Source: an uncultured delta proteobacterium (GTDB lineage: Bacteria; Myxococcota_A; Polyangia; Polyangiales; B10-G4). Taken from it: a stretch of 64,000 nt of DNA. The notes beneath the pieces were generated by a model, which saw only the letters and a list, made by a program, of their open reading frames with translations, was not told the origin of the DNA and made no database searches. A program made the translations under genes and the position numbers. Where the stretch lies: contig CAVSGI010000020.1 in the NCBI GenBank assembly GCA_963727445.1, forward strand, positions 576,001 through 640,000, written 5' to 3'. Each line of letters begins with the position of its first letter. The stretch's first letter is position 1. Shown here in pieces: positions 38,199-47,242 of the stretch.

Positions 38199-38918
38199 TC
38201 AGTCGAGGGCAGCGATCGCTGCGCGCGTCTCTTCGAGCGCCGCGAGTAGCTCTTCGGCCAGCGTCCGCTGATCGCCGTCGTTCGCCTTTTCCAGTCGCTC
38301 GGCGCGGAGCGCTACCCGCACGGCACCCATCGTCGCCGAGCTGCCGCGCAAGAAATGGGCGGTGCGCTCGAGCGTCTCCGCGTCTCCGTTCTCGAGACTC
38401 TCGCGGATCGCCACCATGCCGCGCTCGAGGTCGAGGGCGTAGGCCGCGACCACCCGTTCCAGCATGTCCTGCTTTCGAAACGCCGCGACCATCGCTTCGT
38501 CCAGGATGACGTCCAGCTCGGCCGCGGGCGCAGCCGGGCCAGGAAGGGAGATGCGCTGGGACGCCAGCATCCGCTCGAGCTCGTCGAGATCGATCGGCTT
38601 GGTCAGAAACCCGTCCATGCCGCATTCGACCGCGCGTTGACGATCCTCGTCGCGCACGTGGGCGGTGAGAGCGATGATCGGCACGCGGGCCAGGCCCTTC
38701 TCGCGTTCCCTCCGGCGGATCTCGGAGGTGGCCGCGTAGCCGTCCAGCTTCGGCATCTGCACATCCATCAACACGAGCTCGATGTCGTCCCGTTCGCTCG
38801 CGAGGGCGACCACCTTCTCGCCGTCCTCGGCCACCACGAAGGTGTAGTCGAGCAGCTCGAGCATCGAGGTGATCACCTCGATGTTGGTCGCGTTGTCCTC
38901 GGCGATCAGGACCGGCAT
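38199..38918 (-). CDS. Receiver plus Hpt domain phosphorelay protein
   Basis: VLIAEDN, LMDVQMP, ALTA and LTKP receiver motifs; AHFLRGSSATMGA Hpt motif. Confidence 0.88.
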   Translation of the reverse strand: MPVLIAEDNATNIEVITSMLELLDYTFVVAEDGEKVVALASERDDIELVLMDVQMPKLDGYAATSEIRRREREKGLARVPIIALTAHVRDEDRQRAVECGMDGFLTKPIDLDELERMLASQRISLPGPAAPAAELDVILDEAMVAAFRKQDMLERVVAAYALDLERGMVAIRESLENGDAETLERTAHFLRGSSATMGAVRVALRAERLEKANDGDQRTLAEELLAALEETRAAIAALD

Positions 38919-38941
38919 CTCGAGCGATCCTACGACATCTG

Positions 38942-40774
38942 TCAGGGGTTGCTGACGCGCGTCGCGAAGCCAGTGAATGCGCCCGCCGGCGAGGTGTAGG
39001 TCATGGTGCCGATCGTCGCGTCCTCGCGGAAGCGACCGATCACCACGGCGCCGGTGGGCGCCCCGGCGACGTCGAAGGTGTTGAAGTCGCGGGTCGCACC
39101 GAAGGCGTGTGCCCAGGCCAGCGATCCGTCGTCGCCGTGGAAACCGATGAAGCCCACGGCGTCGGAGAAGCTCTCCCCGATGACCGTGGTGCCGTCGAGC
39201 GATTGACCGGATTCGATGTCGACGCCGCTGTAGAGCATGCCGCCGGCCGCGGCCAGGCTGCCGTAGCGATAGCGAATCGCGTAGGTGACGGAGGGCGGAA
39301 TTCCGCTAGGCGCCCAATACGGCGCGCCGACGCCGATGGGGCGCGCCCAGCGCAGCGTGCCGTCTGCGGCGAAGGAGCCGATCACCGCCGCCGCGCCCAC
39401 GAGCCCGGTGGTGTCGAAGGACGCGTCGACGAAGCCCCCGCTCCCATCCATCTCCGGTGGAAAGCCCGTGTGGAAGAAGACGTTCCTGGACTCGTCCATG
39501 GCGACGCCGAGGGAGAACTCGCCACGCGCGCCGCCCGCGGTATGAGCCCAGCGGACGCCCCCGCTGCCATCGAGCGCCGCGATGAGCGCGTCGCTTCCAC
39601 CTTCGGGCGTGGCGAGGCTGGTGCCACCGAAACTGAAGCCCGTGTCATAGGCGGCCTGCACGACCGCGCCGCCCATCGGATCGACGTCCATCGCGAAGAT
39701 CGCCTCGGTCCCGCCCGTTCCGTAAGAATAGAGCGCGGTGGTTCCGCCGCTGGTCCGGCGCGCCAGGAACATGTCCTGCCCGCCGGCGCTGGTGGCCGTG
39801 ACGCCGGTGCCGTAGCTCATGCTTCCACTGAACCAGCCCGCGATGTAGAGCGTTCCGTCGTCGCTGACGCCGGCGTCTGCCGAGTGGACCGTGCCGCTGG
39901 TCGCCTCGAGGAGCTCGAGGTCCGTGGTGGTGCCCGTCGCGTCGAGCACCCAGACGTACACGCTGCGGGTCGAGGCGCCCGTCGTGACCGTCGTTCCGTC
40001 GATGGTGAGGGACTCGGCGACCTCGCCCATGACGTAGGTGACGCCCGACGGGGCGAGGGCCACCGCCTGGACGGTGTTGTAATTGCCCGCGTCACTCGTC
40101 GCGACCCAGGAGGTGGTTCCGTCCTCGGCGATCTGCGCCACGTAGATGCGGTTTTCGGTCGCGCTGCCCGGCATGCTTCCGGTCCCGACGTCGATGTCCG
40201 ACCGGTAGATGCCGGCGATGGCGATGCGGTCCCCCACGTAGTCGCCCGCGTCGCCGTAGGAGGTCACCGATGACTGCGCCAGCACCGTCCAGCTGACGGT
40301 CGAGTCGAGACAAGAGCGGTCCACGCAGTCCGCGTCGATGTTGCAGGCGGTGCTGCACATACCGCAGTGATAGCGATTGTCCGAGAGGTCGGTGTCGCAG
40401 CTCGCCGGGTCGTCGCAACCGTCGAAGCCGCTCACGCACGAAAGGAGCGTGCAGGTGTCCATCACGCAGGCGACGTTGCCGTTGGGGACCGCACACTCGG
40501 TCGGCTCTTCGTCCACCGTGCCGTCGCAGTCGTCGTCCATGAAGTTGCAGGTCTCGTCGACGGGCACGCAGCCATCGACCGGTGCGTCCGGGGTCGCATC
40601 GGGGGTACCGGTGTCGGGCGGGCTGCTGTCCCCCCCGTCGGGGGAGCCGTCGACGCCGCTGTCCGACGGCGCCGCGTCCGTGGTGTAGAACATGGAGAAG
40701 TCGTCGATGGCCACGCAGCCCCCGAGGGCCAGCGCGACGGCGACAGCGAGCATGAGGGACGAGCTCGTTTTCAT
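38942..40774 (-). CDS. Lipoprotein with Cys-rich modules and a C-terminal beta-propeller-like region
   Basis: Lipobox LGGC; ETCN.MDDDCDG.VDE and HCGMC..AC modules; repeated G...W blades. Confidence 0.75.
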   Translation of the reverse strand: MKTSSSLMLAVAVALALGGCVAIDDFSMFYTTDAAPSDSGVDGSPDGGDSSPPDTGTPDATPDAPVDGCVPVDETCNFMDDDCDGTVDEEPTECAVPNGNVACVMDTCTLLSCVSGFDGCDDPASCDTDLSDNRYHCGMCSTACNIDADCVDRSCLDSTVSWTVLAQSSVTSYGDAGDYVGDRIAIAGIYRSDIDVGTGSMPGSATENRIYVAQIAEDGTTSWVATSDAGNYNTVQAVALAPSGVTYVMGEVAESLTIDGTTVTTGASTRSVYVWVLDATGTTTDLELLEATSGTVHSADAGVSDDGTLYIAGWFSGSMSYGTGVTATSAGGQDMFLARRTSGGTTALYSYGTGGTEAIFAMDVDPMGGAVVQAAYDTGFSFGGTSLATPEGGSDALIAALDGSGGVRWAHTAGGARGEFSLGVAMDESRNVFFHTGFPPEMDGSGGFVDASFDTTGLVGAAAVIGSFAADGTLRWARPIGVGAPYWAPSGIPPSVTYAIRYRYGSLAAAGGMLYSGVDIESGQSLDGTTVIGESFSDAVGFIGFHGDDGSLAWAHAFGATRDFNTFDVAGAPTGAVVIGRFREDATIGTMTYTSPAGAFTGFATRVSNP

Positions 40775-40775
40775 C

Positions 40776-41591
40776 TCAGAAGCTCCCATCGACGGAGACT
40801 GCGACCTGACCTGGCGCCGCCGAGACGCCGAGCCGCGCCTGCGCGTCCTCGCTCCCGCCGGAACCGCTCGAGAGGTCGACCACCAGCAGGGTGACGCCGA
40901 CCGCAGCCAGCACCACCGCGATGGGGGTGAGCACCGTGGAAGCCACCGCGAGGGATTGTCCCGAGTCGATGTCCGATTGGCGGTCCGGGCTACAGGCGCC
41001 TCCCGGACAGCTGTCGACGAGGTCGTTGTAGGTGCCGTGAGCGGCGACGCCGGTGCCGATCGCCGCGATCCCGAGGGCCACGCCCGCGGCGGCCGTGATG
41101 ATCCCGACGATGCCCAGACCGCCGATGCCGCCCCCGTCATCCTCCGCGCCCGCGGCGCTCGCCAGGCTCGAGCTGGTCTCCTCGTCGGACTCGTCCACCA
41201 GCGCCTCGAGCTCGCCCTCGTCGGTCGAGGTGGCAACATCTCCGCCTCCCGCCCGCTCGCGGAGCGATTCCGCCCGGGTGGTGACCGTTCGACGGTCGGG
41301 ATCGTCTTCGGGGGTGACGGATAGCCACTCGTCGAGGGTGTCGGCGGCTTCGCCGAACATCCCCGCTCGCTCGTATGCCAGAGCGATGTTCAGGAGAAGC
41401 TCGGGGCGCTCGCTCAGCCGGTAGCTCTCGCGGAACTGCTCCGCCGCGTCTTCGTAGCGGCCCTGGTCCATGTAGGACCGGGCTGCGAGGAAGTGTCCAT
41501 GGGCGCGCTCGTCGTCGGACTGCGCCGCGACCACGGACGAGACGCTACTGAGCGTGAGCACCACCAGCGCTGTCGCGAGAACCCTCATCAT
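40776..41591 (-). CDS. Exported TPR protein with C-terminal hydrophobic helices
   Basis: Signal peptide; YEDAAEQFRESY..LLLNIALAYE TPR; two hydrophobic segments; sits directly upstream of the lipoprotein gene. Confidence 0.78.
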   Translation of the reverse strand: MMRVLATALVVLTLSSVSSVVAAQSDDERAHGHFLAARSYMDQGRYEDAAEQFRESYRLSERPELLLNIALAYERAGMFGEAADTLDEWLSVTPEDDPDRRTVTTRAESLRERAGGGDVATSTDEGELEALVDESDEETSSSLASAAGAEDDGGGIGGLGIVGIITAAAGVALGIAAIGTGVAAHGTYNDLVDSCPGGACSPDRQSDIDSGQSLAVASTVLTPIAVVLAAVGVTLLVVDLSSGSGGSEDAQARLGVSAAPGQVAVSVDGSF

Positions 41592-41725
41592 CGAACCCCT
41601 CCAAGCGACCGAGAATCGTCGGTCAGCTTACCCGATCATCGCATGGGATGTGCGGTCGAGTGGTGGACGATAGTACCCTCCGGTCAGGCCCGCGAAGCCG
41701 GGATGGACCGCGCGGCGCGGGATCG

Positions 41726-42604
41726 TCACATGTCGTGTGCGGCGATGAACTCGCGCACCCGCGCGATGATGGTGTCCGGGTGCTCGATCGGCGCGGCGTG
41801 GCTCGCACCTTCGAGGAGCAGGTACTCGCCCTTCGGCATCCGATCGGCCATGGACTGGGCGAGCTCGGGCGGGGTGAAGGTGTCCTTTTCGGCGGCGATG
41901 ACGAGGACGGGCACCTCGATCTTGGACAGCAGGTCCTCGGCGCTGTGCTCGCCGGCTGCGCGGAGCATCGGGAGGAAGACGTCGGGATCCATCAGGTTGA
42001 TGTGGTCCCAATAGGTCTCGAAGTCCTCGCGCCGGATGTTGAGGGCGTCCACCTCACCGCTCAGGCTCGCCATGCGGAAAGCGAGGCCGGGCGAGACGCG
42101 ACCCCAGAGCGCTCGCGCCAGGCCCCGGCGCTTCTGTACCTGCTCGATCAGGGCCGGCAACACCTGCTTGAGGGCGTCACTTCCGTGAAAGGTCTCGGTG
42201 ATTCGCCCATAGCTGCCGCATAAGAGGATCATTCCGCGCGTTGCCTTCGGGTGCAGCCGATAGTGCTCGAGGCAGATTTGCGTTCCCATCGAGTGACCCA
42301 GGAGGAGAACCGGGTCCTCGATGCCGAGCGTCTCGAGCACGGCGCTCAGGTCGCGCGCGATGGCCGGCACGTCGAGACGCGCGCGATCGACGGGCGGACC
42401 ACTGCGTCCGTGGCCGCGATAGTGCCAGTGAACGACCCGATGGTCCTTCGCGAGCTCCGGCTGCAAGTACGTCCAGGCGAAGCCATCGCACCCGATGCCG
42501 TCGTTGAGCACGACGGTCGGTCCGGAGCCACGGACGCCGTAGAAGAGACGGGTCCCGTCCTCGGCGATGGCGAAGCCCTGATCGTCGTAGATCAGCTTCG
42601 CCAA
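41726..42604 (-). CDS. Alpha/beta-fold hydrolase
   Basis: YRGHGRS, GHSMG, KDTFTP and ASHAA motifs. Confidence 0.88.
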   Translation of the reverse strand: MAKLIYDDQGFAIAEDGTRLFYGVRGSGPTVVLNDGIGCDGFAWTYLQPELAKDHRVVHWHYRGHGRSGPPVDRARLDVPAIARDLSAVLETLGIEDPVLLLGHSMGTQICLEHYRLHPKATRGMILLCGSYGRITETFHGSDALKQVLPALIEQVQKRRGLARALWGRVSPGLAFRMASLSGEVDALNIRREDFETYWDHINLMDPDVFLPMLRAAGEHSAEDLLSKIEVPVLVIAAEKDTFTPPELAQSMADRMPKGEYLLLEGASHAAPIEHPDTIIARVREFIAAHDM

Positions 42605-42613
42605 AGAAGTTCC

Positions 42614-42811
42614 TCAGTCTCCGCTGTCTTCGCCGTCGTCGACGATGTCGTTGACCGAGGGGAGCTTTCGGATCTCCTGGATCCCGATCTTCACGCAGCG
42701 CTGAACGATCCAGCTCAGGGACCGGTCGAGCCGAGCCGCTTCGTGCTGGATGTCCTGCAACATCGACTCGGGGAAATACAGGCTCTGCTTCCGCTTGTCG
42801 GTTCCGCCCAT
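42614..42811 (-). CDS. cdbA: CdbA-family ribbon-helix-helix c-di-GMP-binding nucleoid protein (TIGR04563-like)
   Basis: GTDKRKQSLYFPE.ML..IQ.EA.R.DRSLSW.VQ closely matches Myxococcus CdbA as I recall it; GGAG RBS before ATG 42811. Confidence 0.88.
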   Translation of the reverse strand: MGGTDKRKQSLYFPESMLQDIQHEAARLDRSLSWIVQRCVKIGIQEIRKLPSVNDIVDDGEDSGD

Positions 42812-42909
42812 GCTCCCGGTGTCCTCCCTCTGTCCACCCGACGCCCTCTGTGTGCGACCGGAGTGGGTGTCTGTCGTGGTACTACAACAGGATACCAGAA
42901 GTGGTGTCA

Positions 42910-44292
42910 ATGAGAGGCTATTCGATGATGAAAAGCGTGTCCTTTCGGGAGCGCCTCCTGTGGGCGATCGCGGTGGTGTGCGTAGGCGGTCTGGGGGCCG
43001 CCGTGGCCCGAGCCACCCCCGAGACCGAAAGCCCTTATCGCAACCTCGGGATCTTCGCCCGGGCCCTCTCTCACATCGAGATGAGCTGGGTCGAGGAGGC
43101 GGACCAGGACGAGCTGATCTACGGCGCCATCCGCGGGATGGTGCGCACGCTGGATCCGCACTCGGCCTTCATGGATCCGGACGAGTATCGGATCCTCACC
43201 AACGACACACAGGGGCAGTTCGGGGGCGTGGGCGTCGAGATCGAGGCGCGCGACGGCTGGCTCACGGTCCTCGGCGTGATCGAAGGCGGGCCCGCGGACC
43301 GGGCGGGGATCCTTCCCGGTGACCGCTTCCTGATCATCGACGGCCACAGCGCGCGCGACCTGCCGATCACCGACGCGGTCCGCATCATGCGCGGCGAGCC
43401 GGGGACGGCGGTGAGCGTGCGCCTCAGGCGCGAAGACGCCGAAGAGCCCATCGATCTCGTCCTGACCCGCGAGGTCATCGAGGTCGAAGCGGTGGAGGCG
43501 CGCCTGCTGCCCGACCGCGTTCTCTACGTGCGCCTGAAGTCCTTCCAGGAGACGACCACCACCGAGCTGCGAAACGCGCTCGACACCGCGACTGCGGAAG
43601 CGCAGGCCGCCGGCGGCATTCGCGGGATCCTCCTCGACATGCGCTACAACCCGGGCGGCCTCTTGAACCAGGCGGTGCTGGTCAGCGACGAGTTCATCGA
43701 CTCGGGCGTGATCGTCTCGACGCGCGGCCGCGGCGGCCAGGTCCTCTCCGAGGCGCGCGCGAGCAGCGCTGGCACGCGACCCGATTGGCCCCTCGTGGTC
43801 CTGGTCAACGGCTACACCGCGAGCGCCGCCGAGATCGTGGCGGGCGCGCTCCGGGATCACGAACGCGCCGTGATCGTCGGGACGCGCACCTTCGGCAAGG
43901 GCTCGGTCCAGAACATCGTCGAGCTCCCGGACGGCAGCGCCATGAAGCTCACCATCGCGCGCTACTACACGCCGAGCGGTAGCTCGATCCAGGCGCAGGG
44001 GATCGAGCCGGACATGGAGGTCGACCAGCTCGCGCCCTCGGCGGTGCGGGAGGGCTCGATGGAGCGCTATCAGATTCGCGAGGAGTCGCTCGAGGGCCAT
44101 CTGGACCAGGCGCGCGAATCGGACGACGCGGGCGAAGAGGAGGAGCCGGCGCGAAACCGCATACGGCTCGGCCCCGATCCGGACGCCGAAGGCGGCGAGC
44201 TCTTCCCCGACGACCATCAGGGCAAGATGGCCTATCAGGCGCTTCGCGCGCTGATCACCGCGCGCGAGCAGGAGCAGCACCACCGCCCCTGA
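42910..44292 (+). CDS. ctpA: S41 carboxy-terminal processing protease
   Basis: LDPHS, PDZ FGGVG, DMRYNPGG, TASAAEIV and TFGKGSVQ motifs; start could be 42910, 42925 or 42928. Confidence 0.92.
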   Translation: MRGYSMMKSVSFRERLLWAIAVVCVGGLGAAVARATPETESPYRNLGIFARALSHIEMSWVEEADQDELIYGAIRGMVRTLDPHSAFMDPDEYRILTNDTQGQFGGVGVEIEARDGWLTVLGVIEGGPADRAGILPGDRFLIIDGHSARDLPITDAVRIMRGEPGTAVSVRLRREDAEEPIDLVLTREVIEVEAVEARLLPDRVLYVRLKSFQETTTTELRNALDTATAEAQAAGGIRGILLDMRYNPGGLLNQAVLVSDEFIDSGVIVSTRGRGGQVLSEARASSAGTRPDWPLVVLVNGYTASAAEIVAGALRDHERAVIVGTRTFGKGSVQNIVELPDGSAMKLTIARYYTPSGSSIQAQGIEPDMEVDQLAPSAVREGSMERYQIREESLEGHLDQARESDDAGEEEEPARNRIRLGPDPDAEGGELFPDDHQGKMAYQALRALITAREQEQHHRP

Positions 44293-44299
44293 GCCCGCT

Positions 44300-45043
44300 T
44301 CAGGTCGGCACGAGGAGGAGCGCCACCCCCGCGGCCGCGCAACCCAGGCCCAATACGGCGAGGATCACCACCCCGGCGGAGCCCGTCTTGACCGAAGCGA
44401 GCTCGCGCTCGCGGAACGCGTCCAGGCTGTGGGTGGTGAGCACCAGCTCGCCGCGCTCGCCGGCGGTGAAGGCGACCATCCGTCCGGGGCCGTCGCGGTA
44501 GCCCGCGTCTTCGTCGACCTGCGGCGCGCGCCGGTCCTCGCGGCCGCGGCCCACCGTCACCAGGTCGACACCGACCGGGATGGAGCGGTGGACCAGGCTC
44601 ACGTCGGCGCGATTGGACAGGCCGTTCTTCTTCAGGAAGCTCGCGACGCTCTTGCGGTCGTCTCCGGGCTCGAACTGATCGATGCGCACCGCGATCTCGC
44701 GCGCCCCCTCGGGGTCCACCCAGACGCCGCCGCTCTCGTCACGCAGGACGAAAGGAGTCGCCTGGGAGACGACGCTGCTGGTGTTGTCGCCGACGCGCGT
44801 CTCCACCTCGTACCAGACGACATCCTCGCCCGTGACCGGGTCCTCGACCGGCTCCTCGCACTCCACCGTCCCGCGGACCGCCGACAGGTCGCCGTCGCGC
44901 GACAGCTCGGCGATGGGCGAGAGCCCGAGGCGCGCCACCGCCTCGGACCACAGCTTCGCGCGCTTGGCGCGAGCCGCGGCGATCGGCGCCATGCAGGCGA
45001 GCAAGAGCCCGCTGAAGATCAGCACTCCCCCGAGGATCCCCAC
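44300..45043 (-). CDS. GIDE-domain-like membrane protein with two terminal TM helices
   Basis: VRGTV...PVTG..VVWY...PFVLRD..G.VWVDP.GA pattern between N- and C-terminal TM helices. Confidence 0.6.
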   Translation of the reverse strand: MGILGGVLIFSGLLLACMAPIAAARAKRAKLWSEAVARLGLSPIAELSRDGDLSAVRGTVECEEPVEDPVTGEDVVWYEVETRVGDNTSSVVSQATPFVLRDESGGVWVDPEGAREIAVRIDQFEPGDDRKSVASFLKKNGLSNRADVSLVHRSIPVGVDLVTVGRGREDRRAPQVDEDAGYRDGPGRMVAFTAGERGELVLTTHSLDAFRERELASVKTGSAGVVILAVLGLGCAAAGVALLLVPT

Positions 45044-45045
45044 CC

Positions 45046-46149
45046 CTACTCCTCCGTCGTCGCCGACACCGATGCCGGCGCCTGTGCTTCGTCCTCGCGG
45101 ATCGAGTAGCGCACCAGCGCCCGCAGGATCTCGTTCCGCTCGAGGTTGCCGACCAGCCGCTTGACGTCCTCGTAGATCGACGGGTCGGCGACGAGGCCGC
45201 CGATGGTGCCCCGGCCGGCGCGGATGTCGGCGGTGACGGCGGCCAGGTCCTCGCTCATCTGAGACAGATTTGCCACCAGCTCCCCCCCGGAATCCTCGTA
45301 GATCACCTCGTGGACCATCCCATCGCCTTCGCGAACCGCGAGCAGGGCGGTGGCGATCTCACCCGTGGCGTCGGCGAGGTTCGAGACCAGGCGCGTGCCC
45401 TGGTCGCCGTAGATCAGCTCGTGTGCGCTGCCGTCACCGCGCTCCACCTCGCCGATGATGCGGTGCGCGGTTCGCGCGGTCTCCGCGAGCTCGTGGCTGG
45501 CGGTCGCCACGTTGGCCAGCGAGGTGTCGATGCGGTTGGCGTTGTCCTGGTCGCTGAGGAGCGCAGCGAGGGGGCCGTCCTCGTTCGCCGCCATCCGGGT
45601 GATCGTCGCCAGGTTCGCGGTGGTCTCGCGCAGGTCGGTGGAGAACTGCTCTTCGGCGAGGGGCTCGGTGGCGATGCGGAGGTTGTGCGCGGTGGCTTCG
45701 ACCTCGCGAATGATCCCGCCGGCGCGGTCGATGTACTCGCCGATGCCCACCGGCGTCTCGGTCTGGATGGTGGCGCCCTCGGCCAACGGCTCGCCGCTGC
45801 CCACGGTCACGTCCAGGAGCTTGTCGCCGAGCAGACCCTTGTTGCCGACGGACGCGATGCTGTCCTGTCGCACCAGGCTCGCCGCGTCCTGGATGACGGC
45901 GAAGCTCACGTGGATGCGTCCGTCGTCTCGAAGGTGCACCTCGCGAACCGTGCCCACCTGCACGCCGGCGATGCGGACCGGGCTCCCCGGGCTCAGGCCG
46001 TCCACCTCGTCGAAGTAGGCTTCGAATTCCACCTTGCTCTTGAAGACGTTCCGCTGCTCTCCGATGACGAGCGCGAGGGTGCCCCCGATGACCAGGGCCA
46101 CCACGACGAAGATGCCGACTCGGAGCTCGGTCCTCTGATCGCGCTTCAT
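45046..46149 (-). CDS. mlaD: MlaD/MCE-family protein
   Basis: ELRVGIFV TM; VDGLSPGSPVRIAGVQVGTV; GLLGDK; helical tail with GTIGGLV.D. Confidence 0.88.
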   Translation of the reverse strand: MKRDQRTELRVGIFVVVALVIGGTLALVIGEQRNVFKSKVEFEAYFDEVDGLSPGSPVRIAGVQVGTVREVHLRDDGRIHVSFAVIQDAASLVRQDSIASVGNKGLLGDKLLDVTVGSGEPLAEGATIQTETPVGIGEYIDRAGGIIREVEATAHNLRIATEPLAEEQFSTDLRETTANLATITRMAANEDGPLAALLSDQDNANRIDTSLANVATASHELAETARTAHRIIGEVERGDGSAHELIYGDQGTRLVSNLADATGEIATALLAVREGDGMVHEVIYEDSGGELVANLSQMSEDLAAVTADIRAGRGTIGGLVADPSIYEDVKRLVGNLERNEILRALVRYSIREDEAQAPASVSATTEE

Positions 46150-46200
46150 GAGCCTCGTAAATTACCCGAAACCGGCCGCTGGATGATCTACGATGGCGGG

Positions 46201-46764
46201 ATGCGGCGCATTGGCCTCTTCCTGCTGGTCGTAGGCGCCACCTCGGTGGTTTCTCCCGCGATCGCCTCGGCTCAGGACGAAGACGAGGAAGAGGCGCTCG
46301 AGGAGGGGGAGGATCAGGACGGGGACGACGAGGAGGGGGGCGAGCAACGCGACCACGACGCGCTTCGCTTCGACGCCCACGTCATGGTCGGCTACTACGC
46401 CGAGGTCGGTTTGGGGGTACGCCTCGACATCCCGGTGGTGTCGAGGGGGCTGATCGACGGCGTGGACGACGATCTCTCCGTCACCGTGGGCGCGGAGGTG
46501 ATGTACATCTACTGGAGCGGTTTCGAGGGGATCGGCGTCTACCCGATGCTCGGGCTGCAGTGGAATTTCTACATCTCGGAATCCTGGTCCATCTTTGTCG
46601 AGTTCGGCGCGACCCTGCTCTTCTCGTCGAACCGCGACCAATGGACGGACAGCTTCATCTGGCCTCACGCGATGCTCGGCGCGCGGTGGCACTTCAGCGA
46701 ACGAAACGCGATCTTCGTCCGCGCCGGGTGGCCCGCGGGCGTACAGCTCGGTGTCACCTTCTGA
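46201..46764 (+). CDS. Small outer-membrane beta-barrel protein
   Basis: Signal peptide ASA-Q, acidic linker, amphipathic beta-strands, C-terminal QLGVTF. Confidence 0.72.
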   Translation: MRRIGLFLLVVGATSVVSPAIASAQDEDEEEALEEGEDQDGDDEEGGEQRDHDALRFDAHVMVGYYAEVGLGVRLDIPVVSRGLIDGVDDDLSVTVGAEVMYIYWSGFEGIGVYPMLGLQWNFYISESWSIFVEFGATLLFSSNRDQWTDSFIWPHAMLGARWHFSERNAIFVRAGWPAGVQLGVTF

Positions 46765-47225
46765 TCGCGACCTACGTCCTCGCGCTCGCCGCCTGTGACA
46801 CCTCGAGCTTCGGCGCCGCCGAGGCGAGCGAGCTCGCGGAGCCGCGGATGGAGCGCTTCGAGGACTTCGACCGATGGGCGCGGCGGGCGCTCATCGCCGA
46901 TCCGGCCATCCGCGATCGCGCCGCCCTCGAGGAGAGCGTCTTCGCCCCCATCCGGCGCGAGGACGAGGTCCAGGCGGTGTGGATCACCCGCGAGGGCTCG
47001 CGCCCCCTCGCCTTTGGTCGCCTGGACGAGCCGCCCGACGTCGAATTCCGAACGGTCCGCGACGATCGCCTGGGAGAGATCGGCGTCGCGACCGAGAAGA
47101 TCGCCGATCCGCGCCATGGGTCGGCGGACTCGGCACAGCTGCACCGAACCGTCCTGCTCCGCCGAACACGGCCGGGCGACGATGGGATCGAAGTCACAGT
47201 GACCGTGGCCTACCTCGCCGAGTGA
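46728..47225 (+). CDS. Hypothetical lipoprotein; start uncertain
   Basis: LALAAC lipobox; GC3-biased frame filling the gap before purF. Confidence 0.55.
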   Translation: MARGRTARCHLLIATYVLALAACDTSSFGAAEASELAEPRMERFEDFDRWARRALIADPAIRDRAALEESVFAPIRREDEVQAVWITREGSRPLAFGRLDEPPDVEFRTVRDDRLGEIGVATEKIADPRHGSADSAQLHRTVLLRRTRPGDDGIEVTVTVAYLAE

Positions 47226-47242
47226 GCTAGCCTCCCCCTCGC

